64,000 nt of DNA, taken from positions 78,120,001 to 78,184,000 of the forward strand of contig OZ024741.1 of the NCBI GenBank assembly GCA_964016885.1, written 5' to 3'. Shown here one piece after another: positions 12,899-24,602 of the stretch (its first letter is position 1; each line of letters begins with the position of its first letter). Both the position numbers and the translations under genes were made by a program. The notes beneath the pieces are model-generated. The model saw only the letters and a program-made list of their open reading frames with translations, was not told the DNA's origin and did not search any database. Source of the DNA: Eledone cirrhosa (taxonomy: Eukaryota).

Positions 12899-13007
12899 TT
12901 GTACAACTGTAGTAACCATCATGTCCAAGCTTATAGCCATCTCCATATTTGTATTTAATGCCATATACTGTCATAGATATCTTCATGAGGTTTGCACTTT
13001 CTTCCAT
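12899..13007 (-). pseudogene. Decayed or remodelled third EGF exon of the EGF-domain gene
   Basis: Good splice sites ttattctag| and A|gtaagt, 109 nt long. The 3' part GDGYKLGHDGYYSCT resembles KQGYKLSRDGHSCN of the neighbouring EGF exon. The 5' part in phase 1 reads GRKCKPHEDIYDSIW. Confidence 0.6.
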
Positions 13008-13924
13008 CTAGAATAAATACATAGAGTAAAATAGAAACTGTAGTATGATGGCTGAAGCCTGATGACATCTGTCTCCCCCTCCACCATATGGTTATTGTTA
13101 TGTTGTGAGGGTTGAGATATGGTTATGAAAGACATGATTAAAATTTACTTTAAGTCTTGTTCAATATGTGCTAGATGAATAGAGTTGAATATAAGTTTAT
13201 GAATTGCATTTGCTTGAGCTCCTGGAGAGCATTGATTTCATGTAGGTTTTGCATTCATGTTAAAGCAGTCATAATTATATATATTTTCAAAGAGTGTGTT
13301 TTATTAGAAGGCCACAGCAATGCAAATGGCACATTAAATGTTAAAAATAATGATAACAAGATGTTGGAATTTTAGCTTACAGTTGTTTAATAGTCCTTAA
13401 TATTTGGGGATAAAATTTCTTCTTTAAAAAAATTGAGGAAACTAATTCAGAGCAGGATATCTTGTGCTGTTCTTATGACCCGACATACACCAATGCAAAT
13501 GGAACATTTAATGCCTGTTACTGGAACCATGTAACTCAGTACAACCTGCTTCGTGGTTAAGTGGTCAGCAACTAAACCAGTTGCCCACACCAGACCCCGG
13601 TAGCGTATGTGGAACTCCAGCAGCACAAAAAAAAAGAACTGTTAAAAAGGTGGATGAACTCCTCAGAGTCAACAGCCATCCATCCCAACTATGGGTTAAA
13701 TAACCTTACCAGCCTGTGTGATGAGTACGGCTACACCGCTGAAGACATAACCAAAACCAAAAGCGGTGGAGGTCAACCAGTGAGGGATTCTTCCAACAGG
13801 AGTGAGAAGGCCCTGTATTGAATTGGATCCTCTAATAAAACACGCTATTTTAAATACTTTACATAATACTTCAAACAAACAACATCCTCTTATATATATT
13901 TTCATTATTGTAAAGTAGTAGGGC

Positions 13925-14135
13925 GTTGGATTGGCAGTATCAGTAGAGGGTCGGGCGCCATGCTTTGCAGCATAGAGTTACAGTCCTTTATGGTCTGAGT
14001 TCAAATCCCGCCGAGGTTAATTTTGCCATTCATCCTTACGGGGTCGATAAAATAAAGCACCAGTAACATACTGGGGTCGATTTAATCGACTTTCCCCTCT
14101 CCCCAAATTACTGGCCTTGTGCCTATACTAGAAAT
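13925..14135 (+). mobile_element. Well-preserved SINE (tRNA head plus Meta/RUDI-like domain)
   Basis: B-box-like gagttcaaatcc followed by ttttgccattcatccttacggggtcgataaaataaagcaccagt..actggggtcgat..ggccttgtgcct. Confidence 0.8.
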
Positions 14136-14470
14136 CATTATTGTAAAGCAGTTGATAGTGTTGCTATATATATATGTACTACTGTATTTATATTTTGTTC
14201 TTTTGCTAATTTCAGGCATTTGACTGTGGTGATGTTGGGATACATCATTCAGGGTTAAATTGAATTATATTGACTTTACAACTTATATTATTTACTACTG
14301 ATTATTTTATCAATATCAGATGAGTGAAAGGCAAAAATGAATATGGTAGCAGAATTTGTACATAAAATGTAAATAGGCATAACTGGGTATTTTTCGGCTG
14401 GTATACATGTCAAATATACACAGACACACATCTTCCATAGTAAATGTGTTAAAATTTGTATATAACTAAC

Positions 14471-14505
14471 CTTTGTTGATGGAATGACTGTCTTAGCACA
14501 CTGGC
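14471..14505 (-). CDS. Candidate 35-nt micro-exon ((C)QCAKTVIPSTK), phase 1 to 0
   Basis: cttggcctttag| ... AAG|gttagt. Its phases join exon 15173-15295 to the open frame of exon 12899-13007. Confidence 0.35.
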
Positions 14506-15172
14506 CTAAAGGCCAAGACCAAAAGATTGGAGTAAATCTATTGACAACTATATTGTTCTGATGACTTTTGTTAACTTAAGAGGATGCTGTTATCTTATGA
14601 CAATAAACAAATGGCCTCTAGAGAACCATTTCTCTAGACAATTTGACAAAACAAGTTCCTAACAAAGGGATTAAATATCTATGAGGCCAAAAGGTCAGTG
14701 TGTGTGGTCGTAATGACCTATGTAGCTAACTTGGGAACAAAAATTCAAATCCTTCTGCTTAGATTTGCGACACACACGCGTGCCCCCCCCCCACACATAC
14801 ACACTCATAACTCATACACACACACACTCATACTCACACACACACATATATATGATGATGATGATGATGATGATGATAATGATATATACATAATCCTTGT
14901 CTGCAATGGGTCTTGTCAATCATAATAAATTTTGTGTTTTAATGATTCTGTAGTTTTAAAAAAAAGTCTATAATTCGCAAAAGAAAAAAAAAGTTATTGA
15001 CAAAAATAAGCCAAAAAGGCAAATTTATTCCCTCATTCCTGTTGGCATACACACTACACCAGAGAATACTGTTATTTCCTTCTAAAACATTTTAATGGCA
15101 ACTCAAACATATTTGGCAAATAAAACAAGACAAATAAAACTTTGGTATTATGAGAAAACTGATTGTACTTAC

Positions 15173-15295
15173 AATTACAAGAATGTCCATCACGGGAAAG
15201 CTTATAACCTTGCTTACATTCACAGACTGGTCCCATACTTAGGTCCTTGCAAAAGTGTTCACATTGGGGGTACATGTTTGTACAGTTGGTTTTAT
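15173..15295 (-). CDS. EGF-like domain exon ((Y)KTNCTNMYPQCEHFCKDLSMGPVCECKQGYKLSRDGHSCN)
   Basis: 123-nt phase 1-1 exon, cag| ... |gtaagt, with six Cys in EGF spacing. Confidence 0.88.
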
Positions 15296-16905
15296 CTGTG
15301 TTGTGCAGAAATAGAAGACATTTCACCATATTTAGATAACATCACATTAATAAACATCCAGACCAAAATAGAGGGACACCAGTTATGCCAGTTGACATGG
15401 GCTTATGTGTTTGAGGGAGAGGGCAGTAGTTCTTTATATATCCACAACCAATACATAAATCATATGTATTTAGCAATGATTACTAAATTAGTTAATGAAC
15501 AGCCATCTGACCTGGATCTATTATCTGCTTTGCACAGACCTGTATAGACAGAGATAGTAATATTATTTCAGAAACATTATCTTGATCATAGATATATATA
15601 CCTATGAATGAAACAAATTATGAAAAACTACTTTATACATTTATATTTGTATCTGTAATTGTTTAAGTATTTGGTGATGTTACTAAATGCTCAACCTGTT
15701 AGAAAGCATGCTAAATCTTGCTCAAATTATCAAACAACAATTGTAGCCATAGATATATTAGTCACAGTTGGAGTGCCTTTGACTAGAGGTTTATTAGATC
15801 AGGACTAACCTGGAGTTATAAACAACAACAACAAAATGAAGACTGGATAATGTAGTCCTAGATAACAACATGTCTAGAAAACAATTGTGATGGTTTCCAC
15901 AAGAACACTTTCCTTTTATCATAGTCGAATGATGAGTGTTCCAGTTGTTTGATCAATGGAAGAGCTTGCTCATCAAATTAATGAGTAAGTGGCTGAACAT
16001 TTCACAGCCACATATACTCTTAAGGTGATTCTCAGGGTGATTAAATGTGACACATTGTGTGGAAAGGCTGGTCTTTTGAATTACAGGTACTATCCATCCA
16101 ATGGAATTACAAACAGTTTCCATCTACCCTATTTCATTTACAAGGCAAAGATCAACCAAACACTATGACAAATTACATTGTTCAAAATGCTATGCTACTG
16201 ATCCTAGTGTGGGGATAAACAATAACAACAATAAGGCAATCAGTCACCAGAAACATGGAGTATGTAGAAGAATGTACATTATTGGGTTCTAGTTATATCT
16301 AAATTGGTGGATTGGCAAAATCCTTAGGCAAATGTCTTGCCATAATTATTCCGATTCTTTGCATTCTGAGTTTAAACTCTACTGAAGTCAACTTTGCCTT
16401 TCATCCAATTAAACAATACACCAGAACTGGGGATGATTCTTCTCTCTCTCCTATTCTTAATTACTCAGAATTGGCCACATTGTGTTTTGAGAGGGTCATC
16501 AGAGAACACCTCAACATGTCCCTTTCTTTTAATAAGTAGATGTGAGTTCAGCTTCTTATCTAGTATGCAACAGTAATTATGCATATGGTGGTGTGGAGAG
16601 GGAAGACTGGCATGCATGGGTGACTGCTGGTCTTCCAAAAAACACCTTGTTTGGGCTTGTGCTTCAGAGAGGAAGTTTTAGATGCATAACCCATGGTCAT
16701 TCGGGACCAGGGAAGGGGGGGGGGGGGGTCTTTACTTTTTTTTTTAAGAATGCAAAGTAAAGTTGACCTTGGTGGGATTTGAGATTAGAATATAAAGAGT
16801 CAGTACAAATATCACAATTGCATTTTAAACTAATACTCTACCAATTCTGCTATTCCATCACACTACCAATGTGCTATAGTGAAATAAAGATAAAATCAAA
16901 CTTAC

Positions 16906-17028
16906 ATTTACAGGTGTATTTATCTTCTTCCATGTAAAATCCTTCCTTGCAAGAGCAGTAATAACTTCCCAGAGTATTTGTACATATGTGTTGACAAATT
17001 CCTGTTACATTCTTACATTCATTTATAT
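16906..17028 (-). CDS. Calcium-binding EGF domain exon ((D)INECKNVTGICQHICTNTLGSYYCSCKEGFYMEEDKYTCK)
   Basis: 123-nt phase 1-1 exon, ttttccatag| ... |gtaagt, with cbEGF consensus DINEC..CxNTxGSYxCxC. Missed by the ORF track. Confidence 0.92.
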
Positions 17029-17769
17029 CTATGGAAAAGATGCTTAATAAATGGATTTCATAGATTTCATTAAATTAATGCAAGAGTGCAATGAAACTTA
17101 TTAGCACTTCATAGTAGATGGCACCATTAAGAAATAAATGAAAGTGAACATTACAATTTTTCTAGTCATAAATGGGTAAAAAATTACTTTTTCATGATGT
17201 AATTGTTTCAGTTTCAACTCACAATCTCAAATGAAATACAACTCTGAAATATATATATAACTCCCCACCCAACTCACCATCTTTGTTGTCATTATCATCA
17301 CTATACTTTCCTTTTCCATGCTGGTATAAGTTGGATTGGTTGCCATGGCTGAAATCAGTTCTTGCCTCGATGGGTTGGAGGACCATGTTTTGCTTGTATA
17401 TTTCATTTATTGTCATTGTTTCTACAGTTGTATACCCTTCCTAATGCCAACTACTTTATACAGTGTACTGAGTGAATTCTATCATGACACCATGGCAGTG
17501 AATTGACTGAGTCATTAGAATGTCAGGTAGAAGGCTTTGCAGTATTTGGTTTTGGCTCTCTGTGCTCTCAGTTCATATCCTGCTGAGGTCAGCTTTGCTT
17601 TTCTGCCTTTAGAAGTCAATAACTCAAGTACCAGTCGAGTACTGGGAGTCAATTCTTCCTCCATATCTCTTTCTCACTTCCTCTTAACCAGGCGAGATTG
17701 ACTCCACCAGGTTTAAACTGCCTAAGACATGCCATATATCACTACAACACCATAAGAAGTTACAGGTCC

Positions 17770-17800
<31 letters not shown>

Positions 17801-18126
17801 AAAACAGGGAGAAAGAGACGATTATGAGGAAGAAAAATATATTTTTTTCCTTTTTTGTTTCTCTCTCTCCTTTTTCTGGGTTAAAAAATGATTAAAACGA
17901 AATGTTTTACTTTGTGTGAAGTGTTAAGGTATTAGTTGATTTATTTATTATTTAACATTGGCATTTATTTATCTATTTATATATTTAATTATTGTCTATT
18001 ACTGGTTTCAGCATTTATATGCATTATCAAATGATAGTGAAATGTATTAGTGTCGCGTCGCACATGTTAAACAGAAGGTGCAGAAAGAATAATGTTATAT
18101 ACAAACAAGGTTTAAGTTTGTCAGAA

Positions 18127-18177
18127 AGCTTCCTGATGATTTCACCCAAATGAAACAGTTCTAGTCCTGTAGAAGCT
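18127..18177 (+). ncRNA. Minimal type I hammerhead ribozyme motif
   Basis: AGCTTC-CTGATGA-tttcacccaaat-GAAA-CAG-ttctagtc-CTG-TA-GAAGCT: 6-bp stem I, full core, stem III CAG/CTG, GUA cleavage triplet, weak stem II. Confidence 0.75.
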
Positions 18178-18178
18178 C

Positions 18179-18240
<62 letters not shown>

Positions 18241-18517
18241 TTTTTCTTCTAACTTTGATTTTATACCTAATTTTGTATGGTTGATGATATATTTAATCGA
18301 TTCCCACGTGCTATTGGAAATGCTGGGTAAATATTCTATGGCTGTTGATCGCAAATAGATAGCTGTCGTTTATTTATCTATTATTTCTTCATAGGTGTCT
18401 TTTAATCTTATAGCCTGGTTTAATTGTTTTTTTTGTGTGGTTGATTATGCTGATTGGGAGAGGAAATGGTGTATATATTTTATCAAATGATTCTATGGAC
18501 ATACTTTATTGTATATA

Positions 18518-19423
18518 TCATCATCATCATCATCATCAACGTTTAACGTCCGTGTTCCACGCTTGCATGGGTTTGGACGGGGGTAGTCCCACTTGAGGCA
18601 AGAGTGATTGTCTTGCTCGCATAGGACTGTCTGGCAGGTTTTCTACAGTTGGATGCCCTTCCTAACACCAACCACATTTACAGTGTGGGTCTGGGAGGTT
18701 TTTACCATGTTGCCTACACGGCCACATTACAGAGTGGACTGTGTGTTTTTTTGTCGTGACACCTACACGATCTCATTTGTTTCGGCCTGGATGGCGCGGC
18801 ACCAACATAACTTTACATAGAACGGGGTGGTGTGGATGGGGTGGGGGTGGTGGTGGTGGGACGGGGTGTATTTTGTTAGAGATGCCTACTGGCAAGGCGG
18901 GTCTTCTCTGTTACTGAGTACCGCCAAAGGTCTCGGTCCAGTGACATTGTCTTGGAGAGGTGTAAGTGTGTGAGGTCGGAGTTTATCAGCTCGTCCCAGG
19001 TTTTTCTAGGTCTGCCTACTCCGTGGCTACCGTCTATCTTTATTGCCCTGCACTTTGTTATACAGCTATCGACTTTCATGCGCATCACGTGTCCATACCA
19101 ACGTAGCCTTCTCTCGAGTAAACAACATCTGATCCCTCTTATCTCTAATTTTTTCCTTAGTTCGTTTATGCTTTGCCGTTCACGTATATTACTGTTACAC
19201 ATCCAGCGGAGCATGCAAGCTTCGTTCCTCTCTAGTCTGCGTATATCCTCTGCACACAATGCCCAGGTCTCACTGCCATGCAACATTGCTGTTCGTATGC
19301 AGGCATCGTACAACCTGCCTTTCATTTTTAGGGAGAACCCTTTAGCAGCTAATAGTGGTATAAGCTCTCTGAACTTTTTCCAACCAGTTCTGACTCTAGC
19401 TACTGTACTTTCAGAGCACCCTC
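18518..19423 (-). mobile_element. Young RTE LINE, 5'-truncated copy 1
   Basis: Intact C-terminal ORF (KGRLYDACIRTAMLHGSETW..RRLRWYGHVMR..GRPRKTW), 3' UTR and (GAT)n tail. Near-identical to 29167-30230. Confidence 0.92.
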
Positions 19424-20478
19424 TCCTACTGTACTTTCATAGCACCAGCACTAGAGAGTTTATGTTCTTGGCAAGACTAAAGGGACCTCTAAACCCTATA
19501 CTGCATCTGTTCAATCACTAACCACCTTACAGAATGTACTGGCTGCATATATTATGGCACCAGCATTAGTGGGGTTGTCTTGTATCACACAAGAAAAAAC
19601 TACACTTTTCTACATTGCCCCGCCCTATTCATTCAAGGTAACATGACCAAGAAAGTGAAATGGGGTGATATGACAGAAAATGTCAAGGTCAATGGGTGAA
19701 AGGAGTGAGAGTATGATGAAAGAAACAGAGTGCTTGGAGTGAGAAGGTAGCAGAGAGGGGAATAATGGGAAATAGATGAAGAGGGTGAAGTATATGTTGT
19801 GAAATTGTGCCAGTGATTAGGCTGCAATTGAGCAACAGCACTTTTTGACATTTCATAGTAAACAGTAGTATTAATAAATAAATAAAACTGAAAGGAACAT
19901 CAATTGCAGAATCAAACAATCAGGCAAAATACTTTGTGAAATCTGGTTGTGTTCCTTTATATTCTGAGTTCACAATTCTGCTCAGGCTAAATTTGCTTTC
20001 CATTCTTCAGAGTTTGAAAAAATAAGTATGCACATCATTATCATTGTTGTTTTAACATCCCTTTTTTTTGCTAGCAAGGGTTGGATGGGTCTACATAAAC
20101 CAAGTCAATACTGAAGTGGGGCTACTGATCTCCCAGATAAGCCATGGATCTGTTGTCTCACTTAAGTATGGTCTCATGTTCTACCAAGTGCATAGGGGAG
20201 ATTATCATGTTCTTGACACAACTGAAAGCTCCTCCCAACCCTTTGTTTGGCCAGTTTTCTACTGCTGGATACCCTTCTTATCACTAACCACTTTACAGCC
20301 TGTACTGGGTGCATTTACCATGAAGATCATCAAACACTAGAGATGTCAATGAAAATAACACCATGAAAGTGATAGGTCAATGTTATCACCTTACACACAA
20401 GAAAGCTGTGTCCCGGCAGGGTCACAGTGTAACAACTAGAATTTGTAAAAGGGTAAAATTGCAGGAAAGTGTACAAAC

Positions 20479-20546
20479 CTTCACAAGTAAAATCAGCTGA
20501 GATATAATAGCCTGGACAACATTTGCATTTCTTTCTCATATCTAAT
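20479..20546 (-). CDS. Exon (R)LDMRKKCKCCPGYYISADFTCE, end of the EMI-like region, phase 2 to 1
   Basis: ttttacag| ... G|gtttgt. Joins in frame to the upstream exon (AG+A=R) and the downstream cbEGF exon (G+AT=D). Contains a CCxGY motif. Confidence 0.8.
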
Positions 20547-20589
20547 CTGTAAAATTAAACAAAGAATCAAAGGACATTTTGTTTATGTT

Positions 20590-21599
20590 TTGTTGTTATA
20601 TGTTAGAGGGGGAGGAGTAGTATCCAAGATCCTGTTGTTATATGTTAGAGGGGGAGGAGTAGTACCCAAGATCCTGTTGTTATATGTTAGAGGGGGAGGA
20701 GTAGTATCCAAGATCCTGTTGTTATATGTTAGAGGGGGAGGAGTAGTATCCAAGATCCTGTTGTTATATGTTAGAGGGGGAGGAGTAGTACCCAAGATCC
20801 TGTTGTTATATGTTAGAGGGGGAGGAGTAGTATCCAAGATCCTGTTGTTATATGTTAGAGGGGGAGGAGTAGTACCCAAGATCCTGTTGTTATATGTTAG
20901 AGGGGGAGGAGTAGTACCCAAGATCCTGTTGTTATATGTTAGAGGGGGAGGAGTAGTATCCAAGATCCTGTTGTTATATGTTAGAGGAGGAGGAGTAGTA
21001 CCCAAGATCCTGTTGTTATATGTTAGAGGAGGAAGAGTAGTATCCAAGATCCTGTTGTTATATGTTAGAGGGGGAGGAGTAGTATCCAAGATCCTGTTGT
21101 TATATGTTAGAGGGGGAGGAGTAGTACCCAAGATCCTGTTGTTATATGTTAGAGGAGGAAGAGTAGTATCCAAGATCCTGTTGTTATATGTTAGAGGAGG
21201 AAGAGTAGTATCCAAGATCCTGTTGTTATATGTTAGAGGAGGAGGAGTAGTATCCAAGATCCTGTTGTTATATGTTAGAGGAGGAGGAGTAGTATCCAAG
21301 ATCCTGTTGTTATATGTTAGAGGAGGAGGAGTAGTATCCAAGATCCTGTTGTTATATGTTAGAGGGGGAGGAGTAGTATCCAAGATCCTGTTGTTATATG
21401 TTAGAGGAGGAGGAGTAGTATCCAAGATCCTGTTGTTATATGTTAGAGGAGGAGGAGTAGTATCCAAGATCCTGTTGTTATATGTTAGAGGAGGAGGAGT
21501 AGTATCCAAGATCCTGTTGTTATATGTTAGAGGGGGAGGAGTAGTATCCAAGATCCTGTTGTTATATGTTAGAGGAGGAGGAGTAGTACCCAAGATCCT
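20590..21599. repeat. 42-bp minisatellite, about 24 copies
   Basis: Unit GTTGTTATATGTTAGAGGGGGAGGAGTAGTATCCAAGATCCT with about three variable positions. Confidence 0.97.
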
Positions 21600-22300
21600 T
21601 TTCAGTGTTACCGAGTGGCAAGAATGGAGGAAGTTGTTCACAGACTGAACTTCTATGGAGTCATTAACATGTTCAATGTAGCATATTATTCTCTCATTTA
21701 ACCCTTTAGTGTTCAAACCGCCAGAATTCTCTACCTCTTTCTGTTGAAACTGGCTGTAACTGGTCACTCAAACTGATGTTAAGGTATTGTTCTCAAAATA
21801 AATACTTTCAAAATCTCATAGATTCGATATTATGTGAGATAATTATGTGCGGTAAAGCCTTTACCATGACAATATAATAGTATATATAAAATAATGTAAT
21901 GCTAAAGGGTTATACATCTTGCAACAGTGTTGATTTATATTTTATTGTTGTATATATTGTTCACAAGGCAGCAAATCCTGCTCAGATCAACTTTGCCTTT
22001 TATCCTTTTGAGGTTGATAAAAAAAGGTACCAGTCCAGTACTGGAGTTGACTCTTCATCTATATCTCTTTCTCACTTCCTCTCTCTCATTCTCTCTTTTC
22101 TTCTCTAGAAGAAATTGACTGTATTCAGACTTTGAAAGGTGAAGGAATCTGCCAGGTTTAAAATGCTCAAGACATGTATGACACTATGGTGCCCCTATGA
22201 CTCCATCAGGAGTTACGTGTCCATACAAATGTTGAGTTACACTCTGTGTTGTCTTCACAATGGATGAGTTCGACTCTGAGTTGAACTATGTCTCCACACC

Positions 22301-22600
22301 GAAGGCACATGGCTTAGTGGTTAAGGTGTTCAACTCATGACTATAAGGTCTTAAACTCAATTCATAGTAGCATGTTGTATCCTTGAGCAAGGCACTTTAT
22401 TTCATATTGCTCCAGTCCACTCAGCTGGCAAAAATGAGTTTTACCTGTAATTCAAAGGACCAGCCTTGTTACACATTGTCATATGGAATCTCCCTGAGAA
22501 CATGTTAAATGCACATGTGTCTGTAGAATGTTCAGCTACTTGCATGTTAATTTCATGAGCAGGCTATTCTATTAAACAAACAACTGGAACACTCACAGTC
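22301..22600 (+). mobile_element. tRNA-derived SINE
   Basis: A-box tggcttagtgg, decayed B-box, core tgtatccttgagcaaggcactttatttc..gctccagtccactcagct. Same head as 52990. Confidence 0.75.
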
Positions 22601-22650
22601 GAAATTAACAGGTCCTACACACACAAAAAAAAAACAAGCAAACACACACA

Positions 22651-22700
<50 letters not shown>

Positions 22701-23270
22701 CTCATAAGTGTTGAATTCTACTCTATGTTGTATAAAGTCTCAACAGGTGTTGAGTTACATTCTTACCACAGTATTCTGTATAAATCTGATTTACTGTGTG
22801 AATACAATATTTAATATAAATTTAAGTGGCACTCTGTGGTCAGTATCAAATATCCACTTGTTACATCATTCATGCACTACTGAGTACTGAAGCCACTGGT
22901 GGAGACTTTACAGGCCTAATATCACAGCCTACTATCTTAAAAATAGAAAGGAGACATTGGATGATGTCACCCAGGATATACTATATCTGAAAATAAGACA
23001 AGATTGTAGTGACTTGAATGCATTTGAACACATATCTGCTTGATTATGGCTAACTTTGAGCTAAATAATAACAGCTCCTGAGTATCTACAAATATATTAC
23101 TCAATATATTAAGCAGAACATTGTTGAGAAATGAGATGTTGGGGATATTTAGTCCAATGTTGACCCCTATTGAGCAGATCTATAGTTAAAAACCTTCCAT
23201 TCATGAATATCCTGTCTTTTAATATCTAAAGAAGAAGAAGAAGAAGAAGAAGAAGAAGAAGAAGAAATAC

Positions 23271-23339
23271 CTATATTTGCAGGCATTCAACCCAAACCAG
23301 GTCCTGCAGCGGCATTTGTTGGTACAGTTTCGGGTGCTG
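23271..23339 (-). CDS. Cys-rich exon STRNCTNKCRCRTWFGLNACKY(R), EMI-like, phase 2-2
   Basis: cttcattaatacag| (NAGNAG acceptor) ... AG|gtattt, 69 nt, in frame with exon 20479-20546. Confidence 0.75.
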   Translation of the reverse strand, partial: QHPKLYQQMPLQDLVWVECLQI

Positions 23340-24602
23340 CTGTATTAATGAAGAAATAAAATGATGGTTAGAGAATATTGTGATTTCTAATTTAGGTATG
23401 AGACCAGTAATTTGGGGGAGAGGAAAGTCGATTAAATCAACCCCAGTACTTAAATTTCTTGACCCTGAGAGAATGAAAGGTAAAGTTGACCTCAGTGCGA
23501 TTTGAACTCAGAATGTAAAAAGCCACAACAAATATTGCCATGTATTTGTCTGACTCTAACATCTCTGCCAATCCACTGCCCTTGACAGTCAAAGAAAATA
23601 ATTGTTTCTACTTTAGTCACAAGGCCAACAATTTGAGGGGAAGGGAAAGTCAATTAAATCGTCCCCAGTACGTTACTAGTGCTTTATTTTATCGACCCCG
23701 TAAGGATGAAAGGCAAAGTTAACCTCAGTGGGTCAAAGAAAATAATAAAACAAATAAATATGCGAAAAAAAAAAATGATGTTGTTACTATGTAATATTTT
23801 AAAATGTCTTTTGACCAAACACAAGACCAATAAGCGCCAACGAGGGATCCTCTATGTGGTTACTTGACTTGCAAAAAATAGCAGCCAAATCTCTCACAAA
23901 TTACAACCCTAGCACCTTAGAAGAGGGCACATTCAATAATGTAGTCAAAATAGACAAGGTTAGAATGCTCTGTTGGATAAGGATTAAAACTAAAACAACT
24001 AAAACAACAACACCAATATCAGTTGGTTCACTCAATGATTTATTGGTGATTTAGCCACATGTCCACTGGCAAAGCCAGGGTTCTTAGTGCCAAGTGGGAT
24101 AAAGACATGTTTGGCAAACTACCCTTTAATCAACAGATATGATAGGCGAAAGGAAATTGTGTACTCCCTTCACATCTATATCTAGGATTACTGACCTGTC
24201 TCTACATTTCAGTTGTTAAAGTCAGCCTTGATCCAGCAGATCTGTAGTGGAAGTTGTTTGAGCTGTGTCTATACCATTATTTTTCATTTATTTATTGAGA
24301 CATGATGTAGCTAGGATTTTATTATTCAATGTACCCATCCTATTTTTTCAAAAATAAATGTGTGATTTTAGGGAAACTTGGCTGCTATTTCTAGCAAATC
24401 TAATGGCTGGTAGAGCAGGCATGGACAACATTTTACGGGCAGTGGATCACATGAGATATGGCTCATCATAAGGTGGGTTGCATGAGATATGATTCACCAC
24501 ATGTGGTTGATGCACAGGAGCAGTAAGCAGTAAGTGCTCACAGAAAACAAGCTCTATCAAATTCTTAGATGGTTCCATAGACATAGTTGACAACTTTTGT
24601 TA

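Noticed and set aside
18952-19521. 189-aa plus-strand ORF (and 29758-30132)
   Set aside because: Antisense shadow of the RTE ORF.
20590-21599. CRISPR-like array
   Set aside because: Units are contiguous with no unique spacers, there are no cas genes, and the context is eukaryotic.
20583-21767. 394-aa and 352-aa repeat ORFs (ILDTTPPPLTYNNR / ILLLYVRGGGVVSK) as real proteins
   Set aside because: They arise from a 42-bp unit divisible by 3. The repeat is intronic, the minus ORF stops before the next exon, and the flanking exons splice in frame without it.
22301-22375. tRNA gene (also 52990-53065)
   Set aside because: A/B boxes are present but there is no complete cloverleaf, and the sequence continues into a SINE body.
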